The position numbers and the translations under genes are program-made. Source: a bacterium (GTDB lineage: Bacteria; Zhuqueibacterota; Zhuqueibacteria; Zhuqueibacterales; Zhuqueibacteraceae). Taken from it: a DNA stretch of 64,000 nucleotides. The notes below the pieces were generated by a model that did no database searches, was not told where the DNA came from, and saw nothing but the letters and a program-made list of their open reading frames with translations. Positions within the stretch are counted from its first letter, which is position 1. Each line of letters begins with the position of its first letter. The DNA lies in the NCBI GenBank assembly GCA_044869275.1, contig JBIOXB010000223.1, positions 64,001 through 128,000 on the forward strand, written 5' to 3'. Below, one piece after another: positions 9,418 through 20,057 of this stretch.

Positions 9418-10490
9418 GACCGTCGATCGAATTACGAGCCGTCGTGTATCGAGAAAGACAAATCTTGAACGCAATCGATTTTAATCCGCCAGCCCGCCTC
9501 GCTTTCAGTCTGTTGCCGGTTCTGATTTTTCTGGTGATTTTAATTTGGCTGGACAGCTTCAAACTGATGCGCTGGCGCGCCGTGCTGCAGGCCATCCTCG
9601 CCGGCGGCCTGGCGGCGCTCTTGAGTCTGGTGCTCAATCGCATAGCTTTCCGGCTTTTCGAACCGGACATGACCCTGTATTCCCGTTATGCGGCGCCGAT
9701 GATTGAAGAATCGTGCAAAGCGCTATACGTGGTTTTCTTGGTCAAAACAAATCGCGTGGGCTTCATGGTCGATAGCGCGATTCACGGCTTCGCGCTGGGC
9801 GCGGGCTTTGCTTGTGTGGAGAATGTTTATTACCTTCGTTCTCTTACCGACGCCAACTTGCTGTTGTGGATCATTCGCGGTTTCGGCACGGCCATCATGC
9901 ACGGCGGCACCACCGCGATTTTTGCCCTGCTTGCACGCAATGCTTTCGCGCAACGCGCAGCAACCCGGCTGCCGTTTTTCCTGCCGGCGCTGGGTGCGGC
10001 GGTTGCCCTGCATTCTTTTTTCAATCATTTTTTTCTGCCGCCACTGCTCTCGACGCTGACGCTGTTGATTGCGCTGCCGGTGATCATGATTTTGGTCTTT
10101 CAGCACAGCGAGAATGCCACGCGCCATTGGCTGGAGGTGGGTTTTGGCACGGATCAGGAATTGCTGGAACTGCTCACCACGGAAAAAATTTCCACCAGCA
10201 AAATCGGCGCTTATTTGCAGTCGCTCAGAAAGATTTTTCCGGGAGAAATCGTCGCCGATATGTTGTGCCTGTTGCGTCTGCGTCTGGAATTATCCATTAA
10301 AGCCAAAGGCCTGATGCTCATGAGCGAAGCCGGTTTCGTGCCCGCACTGGATCCGGAAATCGGCAAAGCATTTGATGAGCTTGCGTATCTCGAAAAGAGT
10401 ATCGGCAAGACCGGCATGATGGCGCTTAAACCGTTCGTCAGCGCGGAAAGCCGGGATTTGTGGCAATTGCAAATGTTGGGGAGAGAATGA
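9414..10490 (+). CDS. PrsW-family intramembrane glutamic protease (start codon uncertain)
   Basis: Multi-TM; APMIEESCK, GFACVENVYY, AIMHGG and ALHSFFN match the PrsW motifs. Confidence 0.85.
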   Translation: MRPSIELRAVVYRERQILNAIDFNPPARLAFSLLPVLIFLVILIWLDSFKLMRWRAVLQAILAGGLAALLSLVLNRIAFRLFEPDMTLYSRYAAPMIEESCKALYVVFLVKTNRVGFMVDSAIHGFALGAGFACVENVYYLRSLTDANLLLWIIRGFGTAIMHGGTTAIFALLARNAFAQRAATRLPFFLPALGAAVALHSFFNHFFLPPLLSTLTLLIALPVIMILVFQHSENATRHWLEVGFGTDQELLELLTTEKISTSKIGAYLQSLRKIFPGEIVADMLCLLRLRLELSIKAKGLMLMSEAGFVPALDPEIGKAFDELAYLEKSIGKTGMMALKPFVSAESRDLWQLQMLGRE

Positions 10491-10541
10491 TCTTGCCAGC
10501 AAGTAACGCGGCGACAGCGTTGTAGGTCCTTAATGCACTCG

Positions 10542-10677
10542 AAGCCAGAACAATATTCTGAAAATTTCTTCGCCAACGGATGAGAAGCGACCAACGGATT
10601 CAGAATAATCCGTTGGCCGTTTTTAATCCGTTGGAGAGTTCTTTTGTTTAAAGCTGCTCCGCAAGGAGCTTCGGCTT
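10542..10677. repeat. Dispersed ~135 bp composite repeat, copy A (CCAACGGA...TCCGTTGG hairpin core)
   Basis: Colinear similarity to 21543-21690, e.g. shared ATTCTGAAAATTTCTTCGCCAA, GAGAAGCGACCAACG, ATCCGTTGG x2, GCTCCGxAAGGAG. Confidence 0.85.
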
Positions 10678-10727
10678 CCATCCCGACCCTTCGGGATGGA
10701 AATTCGATGAACATTCCTTTAAACATT

Positions 10728-11144
10728 ATGGATCAACTCTCGCTCACCCTCAAAAATGACCTGGTTGAAATAGAGCGCTTGAGCCAAAGCCTCGAAGCCT
10801 TTGGCCGGAGCCAGCAATTGCCGGAGGAGCTTTTGTACGCAGTCAATCTCGCGCTTGATGAAATTCTGACCAATGTGATTTCCTACGGCTATGCTGATGA
10901 GGCCGAGCATGAAATCACCGTTGGCCTTGGCATACAAGCCGGCGAGCTGATTGCCGAAGTTGCTGATGATGCCCTACCCTTCAATCCTTTGGCAGCGCCA
11001 CCTGCGGACGTCAATAGCCCGTTGGAGGAAAGGGCGGTGGGAGGCTTGGGGATTCACCTCGCGCGCACTTTGATGGATACGATGGAATACCGGCGCGAGG
11101 GTGACAAAAACATATTGATATTGAAGAAAAGAATTGCTTCATAG
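10728..11144 (+). CDS. Anti-sigma factor / Ser kinase (RsbW/SpoIIAB-like HATPase_c_2)
   Basis: LALDEILTNVISYGY, PFNP, GGLGIHL; start placed at ATG 10728. Confidence 0.9.
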   Translation: MDQLSLTLKNDLVEIERLSQSLEAFGRSQQLPEELLYAVNLALDEILTNVISYGYADEAEHEITVGLGIQAGELIAEVADDALPFNPLAAPPADVNSPLEERAVGGLGIHLARTLMDTMEYRREGDKNILILKKRIAS

Positions 11145-11249
11145 GCATTTGGCATTCCGGGATTCCTCCCGCAGCGGCGGCACGGGAATGACTTCGAGCT
11201 GCGTGGCAAGGTTTCGAACTCAATGTGGTATTTGCTGGACGGAGAAAAA

Positions 11250-11588
11250 ATGGAGATTACACAAACCCAACAAGCCCATGCGCTGGTGTTCGCCCTGAGC
11301 GGAAGATTAGACGCGAAAACCTCGGAAGGCTTCGAGCAACAACTGCTCGCTGCAATTGCAGCAGGCAACCAGAACGTGCTCCTGGATTTCTCCAAGCTGG
11401 ATTATATCAGCAGCGCCGGTCTGCGTGTTCTGCTGCTCGCCGCCAGAAAACTGCAGGAAAGCAGTGGCAAGATCGCGCTGTGCGGCCTCAAGCCCACACT
11501 CAAAACGGTCTTCGACATTGCGGGTTTTTCTAACATTTTTTCGATCTTTGCTTCGCAGGAAGAAGCGATTGCAGGCTGGTCGAAATAA
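11250..11588 (+). CDS. STAS anti-sigma-factor antagonist (RsbV/SpoIIAA-like)
   Basis: GRLDA, LDYISSAGLRVLL phospho-Ser motif; GGAG RBS. Confidence 0.92.
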   Translation: MEITQTQQAHALVFALSGRLDAKTSEGFEQQLLAAIAAGNQNVLLDFSKLDYISSAGLRVLLLAARKLQESSGKIALCGLKPTLKTVFDIAGFSNIFSIFASQEEAIAGWSK

Positions 11589-11632
11589 GCGCGCAACTGG
11601 TCGTCTGGACAATTGATAAGGAATTGCAGCAC

Positions 11633-12793
11633 ATGCCCACCAAAATCCTCGTGGTTGATGACGAACCTGATCTGAAAATGTTGATTAGTCAGAAGTTTCG
11701 AAAAAAGGTGCGAGACCACGAGCTCATTTTCACTTTTGCCGAAAGCGGTGTGGCGGCGCTGCACCGTTTGCAGGAGGAGCGTGATGTCGATCTCGTCATG
11801 ACCGACATCAATATGCCGGAAATGGACGGTTTGACGCTGTTGGCAAAACTCAATGAGCAATACCCACAAATCAAATCCTTGATCGTTTCCGCCTACGGCG
11901 ATATGTCGAACATTCGTACGGCACTCAACCGTGGCGCATTCGATTTCATCACCAAACCCATCGATTTTCAAGACCTCGAAATCACCCTCGACAAGACCAT
12001 TCAAGCGGCGCGCGCGCAAAGGCAATCGGAACAAGATCGCGATCAACTGGTCGCGCTGCAGCGCGAGCTGGACGTGGCACGGCGCATCCAGAGTGCCATT
12101 GTGCCGCGCACGTTTCCGCCCTTTCCGGAAAGAAAGGAATTTGAAATTCATGCGGCGATGATCCCGGCACGCGAGGTGGGCGGGGACTTTTATGATTTCT
12201 TTCTCATCGACAACGAACGCCTGGGCTTCGTCATTGGCGATGTGTCAGACAAGGGCGTGCCGGCGGCGCTGTTCATGGCGGTGAGCAAAACCTTGCTCAA
12301 AGCCACAGCACTGACCGGAGTGCCGCTGGAGGAGTGCCTGCAACAGGTGAACAGCATGCTTTGTTGGGACAATGCTTCGGCGATGTTCGTCACGGTTTTT
12401 TACGGCATCTTGCACCTGCGCACGGGCGAAGTGAGTTACAGCAATGGCGGTCATAACCCGCCCTTTATCTTGCGCGCGAACCGGCAGATCGAAACCACGG
12501 AAACCTCCGGCAGTTTGGTGTTGGGGGCGCTGCCAAATTCGAGCTACCAGGCAAAAAGCACAAAGCTGCTGCCGGGCGAAGGGCTCTTTCTCTATACCGA
12601 CGGCGTGACGGAAGCAACCGATGCCAACTACAATGCTTTTGCCGAAAAACGCTTGCAAGAAAGTCTGCAACGCCTGCACGGTGCGGCGTTGCACGACATG
12701 GTCGACCGTGTTGTTGAAGAGGTCAAAGCGTTCTCACAAGGCGCGCCCCAAGCGGATGATTTGACGATTCTGGCCTTGCGCTATCTGGCGTGA
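11633..12793 (+). CDS. REC-SpoIIE (PP2C) phosphatase, RsbU/RsbY-like
   Basis: N-terminal REC; EVGGDFYD, IGDVSDKG, LYTDGVTEA, ADDLT. Confidence 0.93.
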   Translation: MPTKILVVDDEPDLKMLISQKFRKKVRDHELIFTFAESGVAALHRLQEERDVDLVMTDINMPEMDGLTLLAKLNEQYPQIKSLIVSAYGDMSNIRTALNRGAFDFITKPIDFQDLEITLDKTIQAARAQRQSEQDRDQLVALQRELDVARRIQSAIVPRTFPPFPERKEFEIHAAMIPAREVGGDFYDFFLIDNERLGFVIGDVSDKGVPAALFMAVSKTLLKATALTGVPLEECLQQVNSMLCWDNASAMFVTVFYGILHLRTGEVSYSNGGHNPPFILRANRQIETTETSGSLVLGALPNSSYQAKSTKLLPGEGLFLYTDGVTEATDANYNAFAEKRLQESLQRLHGAALHDMVDRVVEEVKAFSQGAPQADDLTILALRYLA

Positions 12794-15700
12794 TCATGCA
12801 CAAAAATCTCCCCTTCGTAACTTTAATCCTTGTCCTTGTCGCGTTCCCCACTGCGCGCGCGCAGAACGCAAACGCGGCAGCAGTACCCTCGCCTCAAATT
12901 GGCTCTGACCGCCGCGCCGAGGGGGGGCGTAACGAAATCGGCCAGCCGTTCATCCGCAATTACAGTCCTAAAGAATACTCTGGTGCGCATCCGCAAAACT
13001 GGGCCATCGTTCAAGATCAGCGTGGCGTGATGTATTTTGGCAATGGCTTGGGTGTGCTGGAATATGATGCGGTCTCGTGGCGCCTGATTGCGCTGCCGAA
13101 TGCCTCCGTGGTGCGATCGCTTGACCTGGACGTGCACGGCAGAATCTACGCCGGCGCCCAGGGTGAGTTCGGCTACCTGGCTGCAGATGCCCTCGGACAA
13201 ATGCATTATGTATCGCTGCTCGCACAAGTGCCGCCGGAGGATCGTGAGTTCACGGATGTGTGGCGCACGTTCGTGACCGAAGAAGGCACTTATTTTCAAA
13301 CGGCGACACGGCTGTTTCGTTTTACATCGGCAGCCTCCTCCATCTCCCCGCAAGATGGGACGGAGGGAGGTGTAATCTCTCAAGTGGGAATCAAGAATGC
13401 CGTCATGAAAATTTGGAAACCCACGACGCGGTTCAATCGCGCCTCGTTGGTGCGCGGCCGCTTGTACATTCCCCAAGTGGAAACCGGAATCATGGCAATG
13501 GTGGGAGACTCTCTGCAACTGCTGCCGGGCACGGAGAGATTTGCCGAGGAGATTTATGCCGTCCTTCTGCCCTTTGACGAAGCGGCGGGTTCATCCGCGC
13601 GTGAAAAGATATTGATTGCCACCGCCAGCAACGGCTTGTTTTTGTACGACGGGGCCACTGCCCGGCCTTTCGTTACTGCGGCCGACGATTTCCTGCGCGC
13701 CAGCGAAATTTATCGCGGCGCGCTGTTGCGCAACGGCACGTTTGCCTTGGCAACACGCCAGGGCGGCGTGGCTATTGTCGATCGCAACGGCCAAGCTCGC
13801 ATCATCAACAAAGAAACCGGCTTGCGCGTGAACAAAGTCTATTTCGTCTATCCCGATCGCCACGGCGCGCTGTGGCTGGGATTGGAGAATGGCATCAGCC
13901 GGGTCGAAACGCCCTCGCCGTTTTCTCTATATGGTGAGTCGTTTGGCCTAAAGAGCACGGTTTACGGCATGATCAAGCATCAAGGCAAGCTGTATGTCTC
14001 CACCAATGCCGGGGTTTTTTATTTGCGCCTTCCCGCTTCTTCGGCACCCGGCAAAATCCCGAAGTTCTTGCCCGTCCAGGGCATTGCTGAGCAGAGTTGG
14101 ACTCTTCTTGCCTTGGATGGCGACCTGCTGGTAGCGACCGGTGATGGTGTTTTCCGCATCAACGGTGATCGCGCCGTGCCCGTGAAAGCCTCCGTGAGCG
14201 CGTCTTTTGTATCGTTGGTGCTGCAACGCTCCCGGCTCAATCGAAATCGTATCTATGTCGGTCTCAGCGATGGCCTGGCGTCTTTGCGATATGATGCGAG
14301 CGTGGCGCAATGGATTGATGAAGGACGCGCGCCCGGCATTTATGAGCAGATTTGGTCGATCGTGGAAAACGAGGAAGGGGCCTTGTGGCTGGGCACGGAT
14401 GCGCAGGGTGTCATTCACCTCGAGTTTCCGGCGGCGGAGGGCTCTTCCTCCGCAGCGAGATTGCCGCGCTCGGGTACGGAAAAACCGGAAGCGCGATGGC
14501 GCAATCTCAAGCTTGCACGTTATGGCGTGGCGCATGGCCTGGCTGAAGGCGGCGTGCAGGTCTTTGCCATAGGTGGAAGTCCTATTCGGGCCGGCAAGGA
14601 ATATTTCGTTACCTCGACCGGGATCTTTGGTTTTGACCGGGAGCGTCAGGTCTTTGTGCCGGATTCAACCTTTGCGGTAGTTGGTTTTGGCAATACGCAG
14701 GAAGAATACAATCTCAGAGAAGATCGCCAAGGCGATGTTTGGGTCAATTTTGGCAAAGAATCGGCAGTGGCCCGGCGCCAGAACCATGGCGCTTATGTCA
14801 TCGAAAAAACGCCTTTCCTGCGTTTTGCCGAAGCGCCGACCAGCGCCATTTATCCCGACGAGGAGGAAGGAGTGGTATGGTTCGGCGGTGCCGACGGCTT
14901 GGTGCGTTATGATGGTGCAGTTGCAAAAGACTATGCGCAAGATTATGCCGCGCTCATTCGGCGCGTGATTGTCAATGAAGACTCCGTGATTTTTGCCGGC
15001 ACCATCACCCCTCCCTTCAGCTCTGAGGAGAGGGCCATTTCCATTCTGCCGCATTCCAACAACGCTTTGCGCTTTGAATTTAGCGCTTCTTTTTACGAAG
15101 CAGAAACCGAAAATCGCTTTCAATCTTTTTTAGAAGGATTCGACGACCACTGGTCGGCGTGGAGCAAGGAAGCCAAAAAAGATTACACCAACCTGCCGAA
15201 GGGGGATTATCGCTTCCGCGTGCGCGCCCGTAATATTTACCATTATCCCAGTTCTGAAGCGGTATTTGCCTTTGCAATTCTGCCGCCGTGGTATCGCGCG
15301 TGGTGGGCGTATCTTGCATACGTTCTCGCTTTTTCCGGCGGGATTGCCGGGCTGGTCGGCCTGCGCACGCGCCAACTGCATGCGCGCAGCCGCGAGCTGG
15401 AAAAAACGGTGCAGGAGAGAACGCAGGAAATCCGGCAGCAAGCCGTGGCCATCCAGTCGCAAGCCGATGAGCTGGAAGAAAAGAATCGGGAAATTATCAA
15501 AACCCAGGAGCAATTGATTGTGCAGGAGAAGCTGGCCTCGCTCGGTCAGCTCACCGCCGGCATCGCGCATGAGATCAAAAACCCGCTCAATTTCGTCAAT
15601 AATTTTGCGAAGCTTTCCGTGGATTTGATCGTGGAACTGCGAGAAGGTTTTGAAAAGCAGAAGGAAAAACTTGATCCGGCGGCAAAAGAAGACTTGCAGG

Positions 15701-16392
15701 AAGTGATGGGGCTGCTTTCTCAAAACATTGCCAAGATCGACGAGCACGGCCGCCGCGCGGATAGTATCGTCAAGGGCATGTTGCTGCATTCGCGCGGCGA
15801 ATCCGGCGAACGGCGGCCGGTGGACCTCAATGCCGTGCTCGACGAGTACGTGATGCTCGCGTATCACGGCATGCGCGGCACAGACGCGACCTTCAACGTC
15901 AAAATCGAAAAAGACTACGATCCCGCCGTCGGCCGGGTCGAGGTTTTTCCGCAGGACATTAGCCGGGTGTTTCTCAATCTCGTCAACAATGCTTGTTACG
16001 CGACGCATCAAAAAGCCCGAATGGGAGACGAGCAGACAGGGAGAGAAGGAGACCAGGCGAAAGGGAAGGATGGCATTGCCCCCCGTCCCCCCCTCTCGCC
16101 GTCTCCCACTCTTCCCGTTCGGCCTTACGCTCCGACCCTTTCCGTCTCAACCAAAAACTTGGGCGACAGAGTCGAAATCCGCATTCGCGACAACGGTACG
16201 GGCATTCCCGCCAGCGTGCTCAATAAAGTTTTTCACCCGTTTTTTACCACCAAGCCGGCGGGCCAGGGCACAGGACTGGGTTTGTCCCTCAGCTATGACA
16301 TCGTGGTGCACGAGCACAGCGGCGAGATCAAAGTGGAAACCAAAGAGGGGGAGTTTACGGAGTTTGTCGTGCGGTTGCCGCGTAGCGCGTAG
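12790..16392 (+). CDS. Sensor histidine kinase HK3: beta-propeller, Y_Y_Y, TM, HisKA, HATPase_c
   Basis: QNWAIVQD-type propeller start, KDYTNLPKGDYRFRVRA, PPWY+TM, H/N/G boxes. Confidence 0.95.
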   Translation: MIMHKNLPFVTLILVLVAFPTARAQNANAAAVPSPQIGSDRRAEGGRNEIGQPFIRNYSPKEYSGAHPQNWAIVQDQRGVMYFGNGLGVLEYDAVSWRLIALPNASVVRSLDLDVHGRIYAGAQGEFGYLAADALGQMHYVSLLAQVPPEDREFTDVWRTFVTEEGTYFQTATRLFRFTSAASSISPQDGTEGGVISQVGIKNAVMKIWKPTTRFNRASLVRGRLYIPQVETGIMAMVGDSLQLLPGTERFAEEIYAVLLPFDEAAGSSAREKILIATASNGLFLYDGATARPFVTAADDFLRASEIYRGALLRNGTFALATRQGGVAIVDRNGQARIINKETGLRVNKVYFVYPDRHGALWLGLENGISRVETPSPFSLYGESFGLKSTVYGMIKHQGKLYVSTNAGVFYLRLPASSAPGKIPKFLPVQGIAEQSWTLLALDGDLLVATGDGVFRINGDRAVPVKASVSASFVSLVLQRSRLNRNRIYVGLSDGLASLRYDASVAQWIDEGRAPGIYEQIWSIVENEEGALWLGTDAQGVIHLEFPAAEGSSSAARLPRSGTEKPEARWRNLKLARYGVAHGLAEGGVQVFAIGGSPIRAGKEYFVTSTGIFGFDRERQVFVPDSTFAVVGFGNTQEEYNLREDRQGDVWVNFGKESAVARRQNHGAYVIEKTPFLRFAEAPTSAIYPDEEEGVVWFGGADGLVRYDGAVAKDYAQDYAALIRRVIVNEDSVIFAGTITPPFSSEERAISILPHSNNALRFEFSASFYEAETENRFQSFLEGFDDHWSAWSKEAKKDYTNLPKGDYRFRVRARNIYHYPSSEAVFAFAILPPWYRAWWAYLAYVLAFSGGIAGLVGLRTRQLHARSRELEKTVQERTQEIRQQAVAIQSQADELEEKNREIIKTQEQLIVQEKLASLGQLTAGIAHEIKNPLNFVNNFAKLSVDLIVELREGFEKQKEKLDPAAKEDLQEVMGLLSQNIAKIDEHGRRADSIVKGMLLHSRGESGERRPVDLNAVLDEYVMLAYHGMRGTDATFNVKIEKDYDPAVGRVEVFPQDISRVFLNLVNNACYATHQKARMGDEQTGREGDQAKGKDGIAPRPPLSPSPTLPVRPYAPTLSVSTKNLGDRVEIRIRDNGTGIPASVLNKVFHPFFTTKPAGQGTGLGLSLSYDIVVHEHSGEIKVETKEGEFTEFVVRLPRSA

Positions 16393-16772
16393 CGCATGGC
16401 GTTTGAATTCTATCAACGAGATCATCAGCGTCGTGAAATCTTATTCATTATACCAGGTGATTTGAAAATTCACTGCAGTTACTCCCCCCATCTCAACCAG
16501 GGGACCCAAAGGGATCAGTCCTGCAAAAAAGCGAGTTCTGGCGTCCAAATTTATCACCTCCCAGCGAGTGAGTGTCTATTTAGAGTCGTAAGGCGTCTTT
16601 TGTGCGGTGAAATTCCATGCCGAGGAGGCGAAACGGAGAACGGCGGGCAGAGCATGCTTAAGCCAGGGTCAAATTTTAGTAAAGCTCGGAAGAAACACTT
16701 GCAATCAATCGAACTGCGAATCCACTAAGCGCTCCCATGCGCTCATGCAACATCACAATGGAGGCAATTCTC

Positions 16773-19700
16773 ATGGCGAACAAAATCTATGCATTGCTGG
16801 TGGGCATCAATGACTATGCTCCGGAAATCGGCAGGCTGGCCGGATGTCTCAATGATGTGGATCATTTTAAGGACTATTTGACCAGCGCTTTTGACAAAGC
16901 CAGTCTCGCCATTGAAGTGCTCAAAGAAGGCGAGGCCACGCGCGACAACATCATCAGACTGTTCCGCGCCCATCTCGGCCAGGCGAAGGCTGGTGACGTG
17001 GCCGTGTTCCAATATTCCGGCCATGGCGCGCGTTGGGCCGCTGCGAAGGAATTCAAAGAGTTCTATCCCGATGGCAAAGACGAGGGTCTGGTATGTCACG
17101 ACAGCCGCCGCAAAGACGGCACCTACCCCTTTGACCTGGCCGACAAAGAATTGGCGATGCTGCTTGCCGAGGTCGCAGCCAAAGATCCTCATCTTGCCGT
17201 TATTTTGGATTGCTGCCATTCCGGCTCCGGCACGCGCGACGTGGATGCGTTCACGCATTTGAAAGCGCGGCAAACCCACGAGGTTGCCGTGGAGCGTCCT
17301 CTCGACAGCTATCTTGACGGCCATTATGCCAAGCTGCGCCAACAGGGAAAAAAGTTGTCGATCCCGAGAAGCAAGCATATTTTATTGGCTGCTTGCGACC
17401 GCAAACAAAAGGCCTATGAGGCCACAGACCGCAGCGGGCTCTTTACCAGCACGCTGCTCAAGGTGTTGGAAAAATCCGGCAGCGATATCACTTATGCCGA
17501 TCTGTTCATGCGCTGCCGGGCGGAGATTCGCAAGGAAGCCGACAATCAGACGCCGCAATTCGAGGCCAACGAGAAGTTCAACGCCCTTGGCGGCTTTCTC
17601 GGGCGTAAGGCTTCTCACACAGCGCCTCGCTTCAGCGTGTATTTCAAGGATGGCAACTGGACTATCGATGCCGGTGCCTTGCACGGACTTCCCACTGCGC
17701 CGGAAAAAAGCGTCGGCTTGGCGCTTTATCCGGAAAATGAGCAGGCGCGTTTAGCCGGGCACGCGTCGACGGTTCAAGTGGGGCCGCAGAAGAGCGAGCT
17801 GCAGCTGGATTTTACCGGCGATCAAGCGGCGCGCTATTATGCCGAAGTCACCAGTCTACCGGTTGCGCCGATTCCGGTTTATGTCGATGGCGATGAGAAT
17901 GGCAAGACCATTCTCCGCAAGGCACTCAACCCTTCCATGGGCGTCGATTTAACTGACGTCGCCGAGGGCACCCGTTATGCGATCACCGCGCAAGAGGGAG
18001 TATTTCTGCTGAAACAGCGGGAATTGGATTTGCTCATCCAGGGCGTCAAGGGCGTGCTCGTGCGCGAGCGTAGCACGGGAAAAGAGGTGGCGACATATTC
18101 CGAAGAGTCCGCGCAAGTGGCGCTTGGCATTGTCAAGCAGGTTGCGCAATGGGAAAGAAGCCTTGCGCTGCAGAATCATGGAACGAAAATGGACACCTCG
18201 CTGGTTGACTTCATTTACACCGAGCAATTAAATGCCGGAAAGGAGTATGTCCATCCCTCGGGCGAGATTACGCTCGATTTGGTGAAATCCAAGGAACAAT
18301 GGCAAGAGATTCGGGGCAAATTCAAAGCGCGGAATAGCACTGAGCAAACGTTGCATTTTATTCTCGCTTATTTCTCCGCGTCGTATGGCATTCACATTTT
18401 GCGCAACGAAGAGGTTCCCCCGGGCAAAGAATTCGTTACTTTGTGGGGGGAGGATGAGAAGGACTATTTTTATTTGGAAGATCATGCCAATGAATCGCTG
18501 GAGAATTTCAAGCTGATTGTCAGCACTGAGCGGGTCGACGACTTTTTGTTGAGCCAGGATGATTTAGAACTCGGCAAGATCATCTCCTCTTTTCGTGCCG
18601 TGGGCACGATCAAGCCGATGAAAAAGTTGGTACATGAGAATGAATGGTTTACCAAAAGTATCCGCGTCAAAGTCGTGCGGCAACTCGACCAAGTGGGCGC
18701 GAAAGACGCGGGTCTGGCTAAAGGCAAGATCGTCGTCAAAGGCCATCCTACGCTCAAAGCCAATTTGAGTTTGAGCGCCGCCAAGGCTCCTTCTCGCAGC
18801 ATCGGGGAAGGAACTGATTTCTTCAAGGCTTTCGAGCGACAAGGCTTGGAGATGCTCAACTTTGCCGGCACGCGCGGCGATAACGAGAGCATATTGGAAT
18901 TGACCGATATTGAAAACGCTGAAGCGCTGGCAAAGAACCCGCTGGAGATTGACGTGAATGTCCCGCTCAATGCCGACGAGGGGATTCTCCCCCTGGTGTT
19001 CGACGGCCAGCACGTTTTGCTCGGCGGGGATACGTATAAAGACGAGCAGGGCAACACCCATATCAGCATCGACCACATTCCCGAGGTGCCGGACAACCGC
19101 CGCAGCGTTGGCAAGGCATTGAAGCTGTACTTTTTCAAAACTTATCTCAAGCAGGATAGCGTCAATCAATTGCGCTGGGTGGAGTACAAAGCCGACGGCA
19201 CGATAGCGCAGCACAAGACTATGATTGCCGAGAAAGTGAACGCGGCGCAGAACGTGGTGGTGCTGATGCACGGCCTCATCGGCGACACCGAAAACCTTGC
19301 CAAAACTCTGCGCATGATCAATGCCGGCGGTACAAGCCTCGATCAAAAATTCGATCTGGTGCTGACCTATGACTATGAAAACCTCAGCACGCCGCTGGCA
19401 GAGACGGCGCTCGATCTCAAAAAGAAGTTGGAAGCGGCCGGATTCGGCGCGAATGACAACAAAAAGCTTACACTCTTGACGCATTCCATGGGCGGCCTGG
19501 TGGGGCGCTGGTTTATCGAGCGCGAAGGCGGCAACACCATGGTCGATCATCTCGTCATGTGTGGCACGCCCAATCAGGGCTCGCCGTTTGGCAAAATCGA
19601 CGCGGCGCGCAAAATCTTGAACGTTTTGACCGGCGTGGCGATGAATTATGTTCCCGCGCTCATCCCGTTCAACGGCGCCATCATATTCCTGCTGAACCGT

Positions 19701-20057
19701 TCGAAAAAAATCACGCCCACGCTGGAGCAAATGAACTCGTCTTCCGAATTTATCACCACGCTCAACAGCAGCGGCGATCCCGGCATCCGCTACACCCTTC
19801 TCGCCGGGGACGTGGAGGCGTATCAGGAACCCTCGGATCAATTCTTTCAGCAGCTGTTGGCGAAAGCTGGAAAAGGTTTTGTGTTCAGCGCCCTTTTTGG
19901 CAGTGGCGCACACGATCTAGCGGCCGGCGTGGAGAGCGTGCTCGGCATCGCGGGCTCGCGCAATCCCATGCCCAAGCGCGGCAATGTCGCCTGCCATCAT
20001 TTGAATTATTTTGTTTCCGAAGCTGGGCAGAAGGCGCTGGCGGGAGTGGAGTGGTGA
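16773..20057 (+). CDS. Caspase (peptidase C14, metacaspase-like) fused to a C-terminal alpha/beta-hydrolase
   Basis: ALLVGINDY, YSGHG (His), LDCCHSG (Cys); C-terminal VLMHG, THSMGG nucleophile elbow, GTPNQGS, HLNYF; GGAGG RBS before ATG 16773. Confidence 0.92.
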   Translation: MANKIYALLVGINDYAPEIGRLAGCLNDVDHFKDYLTSAFDKASLAIEVLKEGEATRDNIIRLFRAHLGQAKAGDVAVFQYSGHGARWAAAKEFKEFYPDGKDEGLVCHDSRRKDGTYPFDLADKELAMLLAEVAAKDPHLAVILDCCHSGSGTRDVDAFTHLKARQTHEVAVERPLDSYLDGHYAKLRQQGKKLSIPRSKHILLAACDRKQKAYEATDRSGLFTSTLLKVLEKSGSDITYADLFMRCRAEIRKEADNQTPQFEANEKFNALGGFLGRKASHTAPRFSVYFKDGNWTIDAGALHGLPTAPEKSVGLALYPENEQARLAGHASTVQVGPQKSELQLDFTGDQAARYYAEVTSLPVAPIPVYVDGDENGKTILRKALNPSMGVDLTDVAEGTRYAITAQEGVFLLKQRELDLLIQGVKGVLVRERSTGKEVATYSEESAQVALGIVKQVAQWERSLALQNHGTKMDTSLVDFIYTEQLNAGKEYVHPSGEITLDLVKSKEQWQEIRGKFKARNSTEQTLHFILAYFSASYGIHILRNEEVPPGKEFVTLWGEDEKDYFYLEDHANESLENFKLIVSTERVDDFLLSQDDLELGKIISSFRAVGTIKPMKKLVHENEWFTKSIRVKVVRQLDQVGAKDAGLAKGKIVVKGHPTLKANLSLSAAKAPSRSIGEGTDFFKAFERQGLEMLNFAGTRGDNESILELTDIENAEALAKNPLEIDVNVPLNADEGILPLVFDGQHVLLGGDTYKDEQGNTHISIDHIPEVPDNRRSVGKALKLYFFKTYLKQDSVNQLRWVEYKADGTIAQHKTMIAEKVNAAQNVVVLMHGLIGDTENLAKTLRMINAGGTSLDQKFDLVLTYDYENLSTPLAETALDLKKKLEAAGFGANDNKKLTLLTHSMGGLVGRWFIEREGGNTMVDHLVMCGTPNQGSPFGKIDAARKILNVLTGVAMNYVPALIPFNGAIIFLLNRSKKITPTLEQMNSSSEFITTLNSSGDPGIRYTLLAGDVEAYQEPSDQFFQQLLAKAGKGFVFSALFGSGAHDLAAGVESVLGIAGSRNPMPKRGNVACHHLNYFVSEAGQKALAGVEW

